Source: Escherichia phage vB_EcoM_G2133. Taken from it: 64,000 bases of DNA. The notes below the pieces were generated by a model. That model was not told the DNA's origin, searched no databases, and saw nothing but the letters and a program-made list of their open reading frames with translations. A program made the translations under genes and the position numbers. The stretch lies in sequence record MK327928.1, one strand, 5' to 3'. Shown here one piece after another: positions 37,451 through 47,774 of this stretch (the first letter of the stretch is position 1; the number at the start of each line of letters is the position of its first letter).

Positions 37451-38116
37451 TTAAAATTTCATTTTTCGACCTTTAAACCATCCTTCTGGAATTGGGTCAG
37501 TTTTCTTAATACGTTTAGAAACTTTTTCATCTAATGAATGAATCCACATCATGCCAAATTGGGAATTCTTTTCACCTTGTTGGTGTTTATTTCTGGCGTG
37601 AGATTCTTTCATTTTATTAATAGTTTCAGGAGTATGGGTCTTACCCAAGAAAGATTTAGTATTTAAAAATTTCTCTCTATACTTAGGATTATCCCAAAGC
37701 TGTTTAAACCTTTCTGAACCCATTTTACGATATTTTTCTTTAAGGTCTGGGTCGTTCTCAAATCTGGTTTTAAAAGCGGCAGCTCCTTTTAAGGAAGCTT
37801 CTTTCTTTTTATCCAAATATTCTTTAGTGTTTAAATGGTCCCAACCACCTTCACCACCTAATTTCAAATTATAAACATCAGGGCGCTTTAAAAACTCTTC
37901 AGTCACAATATTCTTTTCTGACTCAAACATAGAGGTTTTATCGTCAAAGAACTCTAATATTTCTTTAGAAAAATTTTCTATACCATACTTATCTTGGGCT
38001 CTTTTTAATAATTTACCAGAACCCATATATCCATCATCTAAATTTTCGGTAGAATGAGCGCCTATATAGATTTTATTATTAATTTTATTTGTTATTTTAT
38101 AAATGTAATGGAACAT
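37451..38116 (-). CDS. segB: GIY-YIG homing endonuclease SegB
   Basis: 221 aa; N-terminal YIYKITNKINNKIYIGAHS GIY-YIG module; sits inside the tRNA cluster as in T4. Confidence 0.75.
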   Translation of the reverse strand: MFHYIYKITNKINNKIYIGAHSTENLDDGYMGSGKLLKRAQDKYGIENFSKEILEFFDDKTSMFESEKNIVTEEFLKRPDVYNLKLGGEGGWDHLNTKEYLDKKKEASLKGAAAFKTRFENDPDLKEKYRKMGSERFKQLWDNPKYREKFLNTKSFLGKTHTPETINKMKESHARNKHQQGEKNSQFGMMWIHSLDEKVSKRIKKTDPIPEGWFKGRKMKF

Positions 38117-38157
38117 AAATATCTCCTATTTCTAAGAGTATTTATGTTCTCAAAATA

Positions 38158-38229
38158 TGGCCCTGGGTGGAATTGAACCACCATCTGGCGATTATGAGTC
38201 GCTTGCTTGAACCTTCCAGCTACAGGGCC
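38158..38229 (-). tRNA. tRNA with anticodon CAU (Ile-type if modified, otherwise Met)
   Basis: Manual fold: acceptor GGCCCTG/CAGGGCC, anticodon loop CTCATAA, T-arm GGTTCAATTCC; CCA not encoded. Confidence 0.75.
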
Positions 38230-38235
38230 TTGATA

Positions 38236-38308
38236 TGCTGATTGACGGAATCGAACCGCCGACGTCCTCATTACAAGTGAGGTGCTCTACCTACTGAGCT
38301 AAATCAGC
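38236..38308 (-). tRNA. tRNA-Thr (UGU)
   Basis: Acceptor GCTGATT/AATCAGC, anticodon loop CTTGTAA, T-arm GGTTCGATTCC. Confidence 0.85.
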
Positions 38309-38315
38309 GAAATTA

Positions 38316-38402
38316 CGGAGGCGATAGGATTTGAACCTATGAGTCGCCGGAGCGACTGCCGGTTTTCAAGACCGGTGCATTAAACCACTCTGCCACGCCT
38401 CC
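38316..38402 (-). tRNA. tRNA-Ser (UGA), long variable arm
   Basis: Acceptor GGAGGCG/CGCCTCC, anticodon loop CTTGAAA, T-arm GGTTCAAATCC. Confidence 0.85.
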
Positions 38403-38404
38403 AG

Positions 38405-38478
38405 TCTCCATACAAGGATTTGAACCTTGGACCTCCTGATCCCAAATCAGGCGCTCTACCAAACTGAGCTACACGGAG
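38405..38478 (-). tRNA. tRNA-Pro (UGG)
   Basis: Anticodon loop TTTGGGA, T-arm GGTTCAAATCC; directly abuts tRNA-Ser as a dimeric precursor. Confidence 0.85.
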
Positions 38479-38490
38479 TAAATTAAATTT

Positions 38491-38562
<72 letters not shown>

Positions 38563-38568
38563 AAACTT

Positions 38569-38655
38569 TGGTACGAGAAGTGGGACTCGAACCCACAAGG
38601 AAATCATTCCGCAGCATTTTAAGTGCTGTGCCTTTACCAATTTGACTATTCTCGC
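38569..38655 (-). tRNA. tRNA-Leu (UAA), long variable arm, CCA encoded
   Basis: Acceptor GCGAGAA/TTCTCGT, anticodon loop CTTAAAA, T-arm GGTTCGAGTCC, 3' ACCA. Confidence 0.85.
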
Positions 38656-38661
38656 TCTATA

Positions 38662-39270
38662 TTATTTATTACGTGAAAAAGATTGTTCTATCAATTCTGG
38701 ACACTTTCGTTCTATCCATTTTCTAGCTTTTTGTGGGCTTATACCTATTATTTTAGCAGCTTTACTAACCCATCCAAATTTAGAATAATCGATTTTAACT
38801 AATTCTTCGTAAATTTCATCAGTTAAAATCTTTTCATTAATATTTACCAGTAAATGATATAATTTATTATCATTAGCAATTTTAATGAATCTTTTATAGT
38901 TTCCGCCTTTACTTAAACCTAATGAAGTAATTGCAGATGATATAGTAGCCGAATTTAATAATGCGTTTAAAATTTCTTCATCACTAACATTATAACGCTT
39001 TTTATTATTTTTAATATTTTTACCAGCAAAAGTATCAGTTTGCGAATGGCAATTTGGACATAATAATCTTAAATTTGATTTAAGATGATTTTTATTATTT
39101 CCATCAATATGGTCTAATTGCAGAACAATATGCTTATTTTGCCATTTTGAAATTTTACAAATTGCACACTCATATGGAAAAATATTTTCTTTTATTATTT
39201 TGTCTTTCAGCTTTCCTGTACTAAAATTTGGATGTTTTCCTTCAAAAATTTCAGCTAATTTAGTATCCAT
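38662..39270 (-). CDS. HNH endonuclease with C-terminal helix-turn-helix-like domain, adjacent to the tRNA array
   Basis: Start at the ATG at 39270; CAIC...LQLDHIDGNNKNHLKSNLRLLCPNCH HNH and zinc-finger motif. Confidence 0.65.
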   Translation of the reverse strand: MDTKLAEIFEGKHPNFSTGKLKDKIIKENIFPYECAICKISKWQNKHIVLQLDHIDGNNKNHLKSNLRLLCPNCHSQTDTFAGKNIKNNKKRYNVSDEEILNALLNSATISSAITSLGLSKGGNYKRFIKIANDNKLYHLLVNINEKILTDEIYEELVKIDYSKFGWVSKAAKIIGISPQKARKWIERKCPELIEQSFSRNK

Positions 39271-39380
39271 AATATAATTCCCAATTATTAACAAAGGCTC
39301 TCTAACAAGAACCCTTGATGATAGAGGGTATTAATCGGTGCGGTATGAGTTAATAATAACAAATAATTCTTAAAGCATAT

Positions 39381-39668
39381 TTACCATTTATGATGATACA
39401 TATTTACGATGCATTCAAGACCCAAAGGATTCTTGAAAATATCATATTCAAGAGGACCTTTTTCTGTTTCAATAAAGAAATCAAAGTTAACTGTGTTAAA
39501 TTTACGGTCTTCCTTTACTAATTTAACCTGAGAAGATGAACGGTCAATGTAAACCTTTTCGACTTCAAAACATGTTAAAATGCCATAATCATCAATCAAG
39601 GCTTTAGCTGCTTCTTGATCATATTTATATCCATTTTCAATGGACGATACTTTCGCATAAAGAATCAT
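39381..39668 (-). CDS. Hypothetical protein
   Basis: 95-aa ORF with ATG start. Confidence 0.45.
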   Translation of the reverse strand: MILYAKVSSIENGYKYDQEAAKALIDDYGILTCFEVEKVYIDRSSSQVKLVKEDRKFNTVNFDFFIETEKGPLEYDIFKNPLGLECIVNMYHHKW

Positions 39669-39670
39669 TA

Positions 39671-39853
39671 TTAACCTTTAGAAATTTTATCCATAGCAAT
39701 AGCGATTAAACCAATTAAAAATGCTACTACAAGTGAAAAAACATTTTCTGCCGTAGTCAATAATCCGCATATAAATCCAACAAACATTGAAAAACTGAAA
39801 GCAGAAGCAGAAATTGCAATAGCAACATTTCGAATTAATTCACAGCGTTTCAT
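39671..39853 (-). CDS. Small membrane protein
   Basis: 60 aa from the ATG at 39853 (GAGGAGAA Shine-Dalgarno); two hydrophobic segments. Confidence 0.4.
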   Translation of the reverse strand: MKRCELIRNVAIAISASAFSFSMFVGFICGLLTTAENVFSLVVAFLIGLIAIAMDKISKG

Positions 39854-39881
39854 TTTATTCTCCTCAGTAGTTGATAGGGTA

Positions 39882-39911
39882 ATAGTATCACTACCCCATC
39901 TAAAAGTAAAT
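39882..39911 (-). promoter_or_regulatory. Early promoter variant (ATTTAC -35)
   Basis: ATTTAC, 18 nt, TACTAT, followed by the CCCTATCAACTAC box. Confidence 0.45.
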
Positions 39912-40145
39912 TTATTTTTTACGAAAAATTGATTTATTTTCTGCTGCCCATTTTTCAATAACTGCAGCAGGACCAGTAACAACAATTTTATCACCGTAAT
40001 CTTCTGCGGCGAGTTGACCGAAATTATCTAATGCATCACGAAGAACTCCATGAGGCATTTCACCCATTTTATCTTTCTTGCCAGTGTAAATAAACTCAAC
40101 TTTTACATCAGCAGTTTCAGCAATAAATTCTTGGTAAGTTTTCAT
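39912..40145 (-). CDS. IP-like capsid-targeted small protein (ipI position)
   Basis: 77 aa from the ATG at 40145; N-terminal MKTYQEFIAE capsid-targeting sequence. Confidence 0.6.
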   Translation of the reverse strand: MKTYQEFIAETADVKVEFIYTGKKDKMGEMPHGVLRDALDNFGQLAAEDYGDKIVVTGPAAVIEKWAAENKSIFRKK

Positions 40146-40177
40146 TTTAGTTTCCATTCGATTGTTTTGATAGGGTA

Positions 40178-40207
40178 ATAGTATCACAACTAAAACCCTA
40201 TGTAAAC
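40178..40207 (-). promoter_or_regulatory. T4-type early promoter
   Basis: GTTTAC, 18 nt, TACTAT; upstream element aaaataatttcacaaagttGTTTAC. Confidence 0.55.
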
Positions 40208-40219
40208 AACTTTGTGAAA

Positions 40220-40477
40220 TTATTTTAAATCTTCTAATCGTTTTTTCATCTTAGAACCATTTTTAGCAATTTCTCCTGCATCGGAGCATAATGCTAAAAG
40301 TGCTTTAACTTTCGTTTGGTCTCCTTTAAAAGATGAAGGATCTACTGCAGCAGCAAGTTCTTTAATACGAGAGAAAAGACGCTCAGCTTCAGCTAAAGCC
40401 ATTCCAAGCTTTACTTCCATACCGTGGGAAGATTCAGTGATAGTAGTTTTTGTAGCAAACTCTTTGAAAGTTTTCAT
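40220..40477 (-). CDS. IP-like capsid-targeted protein, paralog of ORF 32732..33013
   Basis: 85 aa; N-terminal MKTFKEFATK; body AEAERLFSRIKELAAAVD...ALLALCSDAGEIAKNGSKMKKRLEDL aligns with 32732..33013. Confidence 0.6.
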   Translation of the reverse strand: MKTFKEFATKTTITESSHGMEVKLGMALAEAERLFSRIKELAAAVDPSSFKGDQTKVKALLALCSDAGEIAKNGSKMKKRLEDLK

Positions 40478-40507
40478 TTTATTTTCCTAATTAATTTTGA
40501 TGAGATA

Positions 40508-40537
40508 ATAGTATCACTACCTCATCAGCATGTAAAC
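40508..40537 (-). promoter_or_regulatory. T4-type early promoter
   Basis: GTTTAC, 18 nt, TACTAT; same upstream element as the promoter at 40178-40207. Confidence 0.55.
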
Positions 40538-40549
40538 AACTTTGTGAAA

Positions 40550-41246
<697 letters not shown>

Positions 41247-41247
<1 letters not shown>

Positions 41248-41972
41248 TATAGTACCTTTAGTGTATTTTTAATTTTAGAAAAAAGTTCTTCAAGAGAACC
41301 ATCGTTTGTAATTACTAAATCGCCATCACGAATTGGCAATCCAGCTTCTGTAATATGTGTATCATTGGATTTTTGACCAGGACGAACTACATGAATTACT
41401 GTAGCACCCATCGCCCTAGCCGCATCCATTTCATGATCTTGACGGGTATCAGGAACGATATAATAATCATAACCTGAGTTAAATTTATCAAGATAATCTA
41501 AAGCAAATAATTTTACCCAGTACATGCGGTCGAAGTTATTAACAATCAAATCCGTACCTAGGGCTTGCATCAGACGACGGACTGACCATTGATCTTCAAT
41601 ATTATTTATAACGTCAGTAATTTTGTTAAATGCTACGAAATTAACTGATTCTTTTCCTTCGTCGTCAAAAACAAACACGCCTTTAATCGGGCTTTTACTA
41701 TTAAGATAGCAAAATGCTTGTTCCATAATCATAATTACTTCTAATTTAGTCAAATTCAAATTAGTCTCACGATCATAGTCAATTCCTTCAAACTCTTTAC
41801 GAGTTAAGCAAGGATAATCATTGTTTGCAGCAAATACACCCCATGCATAAGCCAATGCATCCTTAATAGGACCAGCAAGTTGATATTTAACTGCAGAATA
41901 ATTATTCATGATAAAATCTGCAGTAGTATCTTTTCCACTACGCTTTACACCACTTAAAAAGATTAGTTTCAT
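41247..41972 (-). CDS. 1: dNMP kinase gp1
   Basis: 241 aa; P-loop GVKRSGKDT; matches T4 gp1. Confidence 0.9.
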
Positions 41973-42021
41973 GTGTTTCTCCTCAAATTTAGTTAAGATT
42001 ATAACACATGAAACTGAAGCA

Positions 42022-42552
42022 TTAAACTTCTGCTATAATTTTGCCATCTTTTTCTACTTGAAAATACGTATAAGGAATCGTTGCTGTGCATACTAAAGCC
42101 GGGTCTGAATCTTCCGTGTAGCTAAATTCTACTTCAGACAGGTCAGAAACCCAGGGCTTATAAAAATTTATTGACATCACGATTTCAGTTTTACTATTAT
42201 CTAAAATGTAAAGCGTAATGTATTCAGGACCTGTTTTTTGGGCAGTATTTTCGCCTGTAAGATAGTTACTAGTTCCTAACATCCATTCATACATTCCTAT
42301 CCACGACTTAAGTTCTTCATCAACTATAAATCTCACAATGAGTGGATCATACTCAAATGTAACACCTGGACGTTGTGCTCGACCCAGGCCAAATGGCCCA
42401 GTCACGGTATCAGTAACAGGTATCCTAATTCCTGGAATAGGAACTGACTGAGCATTTAAAGTAAAAGCAGATGTAGTATTACTATGCGGTATTGATACTA
42501 CAAAGTTAGTTGTATTTGCTTGGTTAAAAATTTGTTGCAGTGCTTGCGACAT
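42022..42552 (-). CDS. 3: Tail completion and sheath stabiliser gp3
   Basis: 176 aa from the ATG at 42552 (track ORF is N-terminally extended); size and position match T4 gp3. Confidence 0.8.
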   Translation of the reverse strand: MSQALQQIFNQANTTNFVVSIPHSNTTSAFTLNAQSVPIPGIRIPVTDTVTGPFGLGRAQRPGVTFEYDPLIVRFIVDEELKSWIGMYEWMLGTSNYLTGENTAQKTGPEYITLYILDNSKTEIVMSINFYKPWVSDLSEVEFSYTEDSDPALVCTATIPYTYFQVEKDGKIIAEV

Positions 42553-42658
42553 ATATTCCTCATAATGCTTTATAAATGTTGGTGGTATAATGGGTCTAAG
42601 TCCCTTCCATTCAATTCCAATTAGAACAAACAACAGAAAAGAATGGAAGATAATAGAA

Positions 42659-43318
42659 TTAATTTATTAGACTTCTTAAACGAACAGAAGTCATAAATGG
42701 AAATTTTTCTAAAGTTGGCTTTCGCCAATATCTTGGATGACAAGTTGATTTAAAATCAAGAACAATTTTCTTTGCTTCATCAATAGTGTTAACTCCAAAG
42801 TTATCTAACATTATTTTCTTTTCTTTTTCCCACCGTTTATTAGCTAAAGCAGATTGAAGCTTTTTGTTTTTAAATGTGTCATTTTTTCTAGAATGAGTTG
42901 TTCCTTGTGTCGGACTCCATCCTCTTCCTAAAATAAATCCCTCAGGAATTATATCTCCATCATGCAATTTTATACATCTTTTACCATTATTATAATATTT
43001 TCGTCCAGTTTGTGTATTTGAAATATTATTTGCATGTTTTCTTTTTAACCAACCATAAACTTTATTATTTCTCCTAACATATTTAGTTGAAACCGTCATT
43101 TTTATGGCTGCATAAGATAATTTTAAAGAATTTGGGTGTATTTTTACTAATAGCTGATGTGCAACATAATGCTCTTCTGGAGTTAAATCAACCAAGTTAG
43201 AAGCATCATTACTACCGCCTAAACATTTCGGAATAATATGATGTCTTTCTTTATATCCAGTAAGGGCTCTATTGCGAGCCCTATCAATTAGTGAATTATA
43301 AATTTTTTCATAATTCAT
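42659..43318 (-). CDS. HNH homing endonuclease (Mob family) inserted between genes 2 and 3
   Basis: Start at the ATG at 43318, overlapping the gp2 stop (ATGA); motif [32 protein letters not shown]. Confidence 0.65.
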   Translation of the reverse strand: MNYEKIYNSLIDRARNRALTGYKERHHIIPKCLGGSNDASNLVDLTPEEHYVAHQLLVKIHPNSLKLSYAAIKMTVSTKYVRRNNKVYGWLKRKHANNISNTQTGRKYYNNGKRCIKLHDGDIIPEGFILGRGWSPTQGTTHSRKNDTFKNKKLQSALANKRWEKEKKIMLDNFGVNTIDEAKKIVLDFKSTCHPRYWRKPTLEKFPFMTSVRLRSLIN

Positions 43319-44142
43319 CGTACATTGCTCCAAACTTTGTTTGCAGAGAAACGTTTTCCTTTTGAGTAGAAGCTTTGGAGTGGCATCAACACAACGTTCG
43401 CCCAGTCTTTCGGGGCGATTTCAACAAGGCTACCCATAATATTACCAGGTATATATGCCTTAATCATTTGGTCTGCACCCCTAAATCCTTTCACTTGACT
43501 CCAATCAATTTTTAATTTCGTTTTATTAGTAATAGTAGGTGTATTTGCATATTGCTTTAAAAGCTCTTCTAGAAACTGTTGACGAGCTTTAGGTGGAATA
43601 TAGTGCAAGTTCAATCCGTACATTAAATTATGCTTACCTAAACCAAGGTAAATTATCAAAGGAAATTTATCCCAGTAAGGAAGAGTTTCCTTGTGTTTAG
43701 CATCATAAGCAAAAGCATATATTCGTCCCGGCTGCGGGCGAACAACTTTATGTCCTTTTACTTGCTTAATAGTTTCAGCAAACCACTTTCTGGTTTTATT
43801 ATTAATTGCTGCGCCTTCATTACGAATTTTATCGCGCAATGTTTGTCTGAATGAATTTATCATAAGCAGTTGTCTTTCTTGCTTATTGAGCTTATTCATT
43901 GGTTTTGATTCAAGCTTTTGAATCTTTTCAGCCGTTTTAATTCCTGAAGCATATTTTGACATTGCTGAAGTAAACGTAGAGTATTTGATTCCTCTTTCTT
44001 CGGCAAATTGCTTTCCTGTCATTCCTTTTGCTTTGGCCTTTTTATATTCAAGACCTATCTGAATCCATTTCTTTTCGTTTAATGATTGCTTAACCTTTGG
44101 AACTTGGGGAGTGCTTTCATTAATTATTTGAAAAATAGCCAT
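43315..44142 (-). CDS. 2: DNA end-protector protein gp2
   Basis: 275-codon ORF; size and position match T4 gp2. Confidence 0.85.
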   Translation of the reverse strand: MAIFQIINESTPQVPKVKQSLNEKKWIQIGLEYKKAKAKGMTGKQFAEERGIKYSTFTSAMSKYASGIKTAEKIQKLESKPMNKLNKQERQLLMINSFRQTLRDKIRNEGAAINNKTRKWFAETIKQVKGHKVVRPQPGRIYAFAYDAKHKETLPYWDKFPLIIYLGLGKHNLMYGLNLHYIPPKARQQFLEELLKQYANTPTITNKTKLKIDWSQVKGFRGADQMIKAYIPGNIMGSLVEIAPKDWANVVLMPLQSFYSKGKRFSANKVWSNVR

Positions 44143-44594
44143 TATGCCCCCTTAAAGCCAAGAGCTCGTAATCCATCTTCTGTTAGAATTCTAAATTTTA
44201 TTCCACGCTTTTCAGCTAAAGCTTGCGCTGCTTTCCATTTGTCGGTATTAACGGAATATGTATAAATTTCATTCATAAATCTTTTCTTCGCTGCAGTTGT
44301 TAGATGTGCTGGTTTAACTGGTGGTTGTGTTTCTTTTTTAGGTTTTATTTCAATAAAAAATTCTTGTCCAGAAGAATCTTTCATCCAAATATCCATGAAG
44401 TATCTACGTTTTTTCCCTTCGGCATTACAAAAATAAGGAATTACTGCTGTTTCACTACCCCATGCAATAATTTCTGGATTTTTATCTAACCATTCAAAAA
44501 AGAATTTTTCCCAATTTGATCTATACGTAATTTTTTTAGGGTCACCTCTATATTTTGATATATTTTTAGGAACCCATTTTCCAGAATATGCCAT
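44142..44594 (-). CDS. 4: Head completion protein gp4
   Basis: 150 aa; size and position match T4 gp4. Confidence 0.85.
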   Translation of the reverse strand: MAYSGKWVPKNISKYRGDPKKITYRSNWEKFFFEWLDKNPEIIAWGSETAVIPYFCNAEGKKRRYFMDIWMKDSSGQEFFIEIKPKKETQPPVKPAHLTTAAKKRFMNEIYTYSVNTDKWKAAQALAEKRGIKFRILTEDGLRALGFKGA

Positions 44595-44605
44595 TGGATT
44601 CTCCT

Positions 44606-44613
44606 TATAAATA
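44606..44613 (+). promoter_or_regulatory. T4 late promoter (TATAAATA) for gene 53
   Basis: Exact TATAAATA about 29 nt upstream of the 53 ATG. Confidence 0.5.
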
Positions 44614-44620
44614 GATAATA

Positions 44621-44628
44621 TATTTATA
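44621..44628 (-). promoter_or_regulatory. T4 late promoter (TATAAATA on the minus strand) for genes 4-2-3
   Basis: Plus-strand tatttata; AAGGAG and the gene 4 ATG lie downstream. Confidence 0.45.
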
Positions 44629-44641
44629 AACAGGAGGGCCC

Positions 44642-45232
44642 ATGCTCTTTACATTTTTTGATCCGATTGAATATGCGGCCAAAACGGTGGATAAAAACGC
44701 GCCGACTATTCCTATGACAGATATTTTTAGAAACTATAAAGACTATTTTAAACGCGCTCTTGCGGGATACCGCTTACGTACTTATTATATTAAAGGTTCA
44801 CCACGCCCGGAAGAATTAGCAAATACTATATATGGAAATCCGCAGTTGTATTGGGTTTTATTGATGTGTAATGATAATTATGATCCATATTATGGATGGA
44901 TTACTTCGCAAGAAGCTGCTTATCAAGCATCTATACAAAAATACAAAAATGTAGGTGGAGACCAAATAGTATATCATGTGAATGAGAACGGTGAAAAATT
45001 TTATAATTTAGTATCATACGATGATAATCCATATGTTTGGTATGACAAAGGTGATAAAGCTAGAAAATATCCTCAATATGAAGGAGCACTTGCTGCTGTT
45101 AATACGTATGAAGCTGCTGTTCTTGAAAATGAAAAACTTCGTCAAATAAAAATAATAGCAAAATCAGACATCAATTCATTTATGAACGACCTTATACGTA
45201 TAATGGAGAAATCTTATGGAAATGATAAGTAA
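44642..45232 (+). CDS. 53: Baseplate wedge protein gp53
   Basis: 196 aa; recognised as T4 gp53; first gene of the late baseplate block. Confidence 0.85.
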   Translation: MLFTFFDPIEYAAKTVDKNAPTIPMTDIFRNYKDYFKRALAGYRLRTYYIKGSPRPEELANTIYGNPQLYWVLLMCNDNYDPYYGWITSQEAAYQASIQKYKNVGGDQIVYHVNENGEKFYNLVSYDDNPYVWYDKGDKARKYPQYEGALAAVNTYEAAVLENEKLRQIKIIAKSDINSFMNDLIRIMEKSYGNDK

Positions 45233-46943
45233 TAACCTCAATTGGTTTGTTGGTGTTGTTGAAGATAGAATGGACCCATTGAAATTAGGTCGTGTTCGTG
45301 TTCGTGTGGTTGGTCTGCATCCACCCCAAAGAGCGCAAGGCGATGTAATGGGTATTCCAACCGATAAATTACCATGGATGTCAGTTATTCAACCTATAAC
45401 TTCTGCAGCAATGTCTGGAATTGGAGGTTCTGTTACAGGACCAGTAGAAGGAACTAGAGTTTATGGTCATTTTTTAGACAAATGGAAAACTAACGGAATT
45501 GTCCTTGGCACGTATGGTGGGATAGTTCGCGAAAAACCTAATAGACTTGAAGGATTTTCTGACCCAACTGGGCAGTATCCTAGACGTTTAGGAAATGATA
45601 CTAACGTATTAAACCAAGGCGGAGAAGTAGGATATGATTCGTCTTCTAATATTATCCAAGATAGCAATCTAGACACTGCGATAAATCCTGATGATAGACC
45701 GCTATCAGAGATTCCAACCGATGATAATCCAAATATGTCAATGGCTGAAATGCTTCGCCGTGATGAAGGATTAAGACTAAAAGTTTATTGGGATACCGAA
45801 GGATATCCGACAATTGGTATTGGTCATCTTATCATGAAGCAGCCAGTTCGTGATATGACCCAAATTAATAAAGTTTTATCAAAACAAGTTGGTCGTGAAA
45901 TTACAGGAAATCCAGGTTCTATTACAATGGAAGAGGCGACGACTTTATTTGAGCGTGATTTGGCTGATATGCAACGTGACATTAAATCACATTCTAAAGT
46001 TGGCCCAGTTTGGCAAGCAGTTAATCGTTCTCGTCAAATGGCGTTAGAAAATATGGCATTCCAAATGGGCGTTGGTGGCGTAGCTAAATTTAACACAATG
46101 TTAACTGCTATGTTAGCAGGAGATTGGGAAAAAGCATATAAAGCCGGTCGTGATTCATTGTGGTATCAACAAACAAAAGGCCGTGCATCCCGTGTTACCA
46201 TGATTATTCTTACGGGGAATTTGGAATCATATGGTGTTGAAGTGAAAACTCCAGCTAGGTCTTTGTCGGCAATGGCTGCTACTGTGGCGAAGTCTTCTGA
46301 TCCAGCTGACCCTCCTATTCCAAATGACTCAAGAATTTTATTCAAAGAACCAGTTTCTTCATATAAAGGCGAATATCCTTATGTGCATACAATGGAAACT
46401 GAAAGTGGACATATTCAGGAATTTGATGATACCCCTGGGCAAGAACGATATAGATTAGTTCATCCAACTGGAACTTATGAAGAAGTATCACCGTCAGGGA
46501 GAAGAACAAGAAAAACAGTTGATAATTTATATGATATAACAAACGCCGACGGTAATTTTTTGGTTGCTGGAGATAAAAAGACCAATGTTGGCGGATCTGA
46601 AATTTATTACAACATGGATAATCGTCTCCACCAAATAGATGGAAGCAATACGATATTTGTTCGAGGCGATGAAACTAAGACGGTTGAAGGTAATGGAACT
46701 ATCCTAGTCAAAGGTAATGTTACTATTGTAGTTGAAGGTAATGCTGACATTACAGTTAAAGGAGATGCTACCACTTTAGTTGAAGGAAATCAAACTAATA
46801 CAGTAAATGGAAATCTTTCTTGGAAAGTTGCTGGGACAGTTGATTGGGACGTTGGCGGTGATTGGACAGAAAAAATGGCATCTATGAGTTCTATTTCATC
46901 TGGTCAATACACAATTGATGGATCGAGGATTGACATTGGCTAA
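45216..46943 (+). CDS. 5: Baseplate hub and cell-puncturing lysozyme gp5
   Basis: 575 aa; internal lysozyme domain (MLRRDEGLRLKVYWDTEGYPTIGIGHL) and C-terminal VxGxxxxx beta-helix repeats. Confidence 0.92.
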   Translation: MEMISNNLNWFVGVVEDRMDPLKLGRVRVRVVGLHPPQRAQGDVMGIPTDKLPWMSVIQPITSAAMSGIGGSVTGPVEGTRVYGHFLDKWKTNGIVLGTYGGIVREKPNRLEGFSDPTGQYPRRLGNDTNVLNQGGEVGYDSSSNIIQDSNLDTAINPDDRPLSEIPTDDNPNMSMAEMLRRDEGLRLKVYWDTEGYPTIGIGHLIMKQPVRDMTQINKVLSKQVGREITGNPGSITMEEATTLFERDLADMQRDIKSHSKVGPVWQAVNRSRQMALENMAFQMGVGGVAKFNTMLTAMLAGDWEKAYKAGRDSLWYQQTKGRASRVTMIILTGNLESYGVEVKTPARSLSAMAATVAKSSDPADPPIPNDSRILFKEPVSSYKGEYPYVHTMETESGHIQEFDDTPGQERYRLVHPTGTYEEVSPSGRRTRKTVDNLYDITNADGNFLVAGDKKTNVGGSEIYYNMDNRLHQIDGSNTIFVRGDETKTVEGNGTILVKGNVTIVVEGNADITVKGDATTLVEGNQTNTVNGNLSWKVAGTVDWDVGGDWTEKMASMSSISSGQYTIDGSRIDIG

Positions 46944-47472
46944 TATACTTCCAATGAGCGCTGATTTAGGAGAATCCCTGGAAGGTTCTTCTATCGACGT
47001 CACCTTTACCGCTCAATTAGAAACAGGTGAAACGTTAGTATCTATAAATATAACTAGTTACGAAGAAACTCCTGGGGTTTTAGTAGAAGAAAGTCGCTTA
47101 TACGGAACATATGAATCTGTGTTTGGATTTGGAAATGACGCGTTGAAATATCGTTTAGGTGATGAATTTAAAACTGCTGCTTCATGGGAAGAACTTCCTA
47201 CTGATTCTGACACTCAGTTGTATTTGTGGAAAGCTCCTCAGAATCTCCAGAAGACATTCACTTACGAAGTAACATTAATATATGACTACCAAGAACAAAG
47301 TGAATCTGGAGGTTCTGGCAGTAATTCTAGGTCATCTTCTGATACTACTGAACCGACAGATCCTCCTGCTCCAATAAGAAAAACTCTCGTTAAAAATTAT
47401 ACTAAAACTATAGTTGGAAATTGGAGTCGTTGGGCTAATAAATTAAGAAGCTATGTGTATGAGAGGTCATAG
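46918..47472 (+). CDS. Hypothetical acidic Ser-rich protein between 5 and 5.4
   Basis: ORF with the first ATG at 46918; function not recognised. Confidence 0.5.
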
Positions 47473-47766
47473 ATGTCAGGATTAAGTTATGATAAATGTG
47501 TTACTGCTGGTCATGAAGCATGGCCTCCAACAGTTGTGAATGCTACACAAAGTAAAGTATTCACTGGAGGAATTGCTGTTCTCGTAGCAGGTGATCCAAT
47601 TACAGAACATACAGAAATTAAAAAGCCATATGAAACACATGGCGGAGTGACACAACCTAGAACTTCTAAGGTATATGTCACAGGAAAGAAAGCTGTCCAA
47701 ATGGCTGATCCAATATCATGCGGTGATACTGTGGCTCAGGCATCATCTAAAGTATTCATTAAATAG
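47473..47766 (+). CDS. 5.4: PAAR-repeat spike tip protein gp5.4
   Basis: 97 aa; small Gly/Val-rich protein with a PAAR-like fold signature, directly after gene 5. Confidence 0.8.
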
Positions 47767-47774
47767 GATTTAAA

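Noticed and set aside
45287-46870. Short tandem periodicities inside gene 5 (CGTGTT repeats near 45290; 24-nt periodicity at 46680-46860)
   Set aside because: They are explained by coding constraints (the RVRVRV segment and the VxGxxxxx beta-helix repeats of gp5), not by independent repeat elements.
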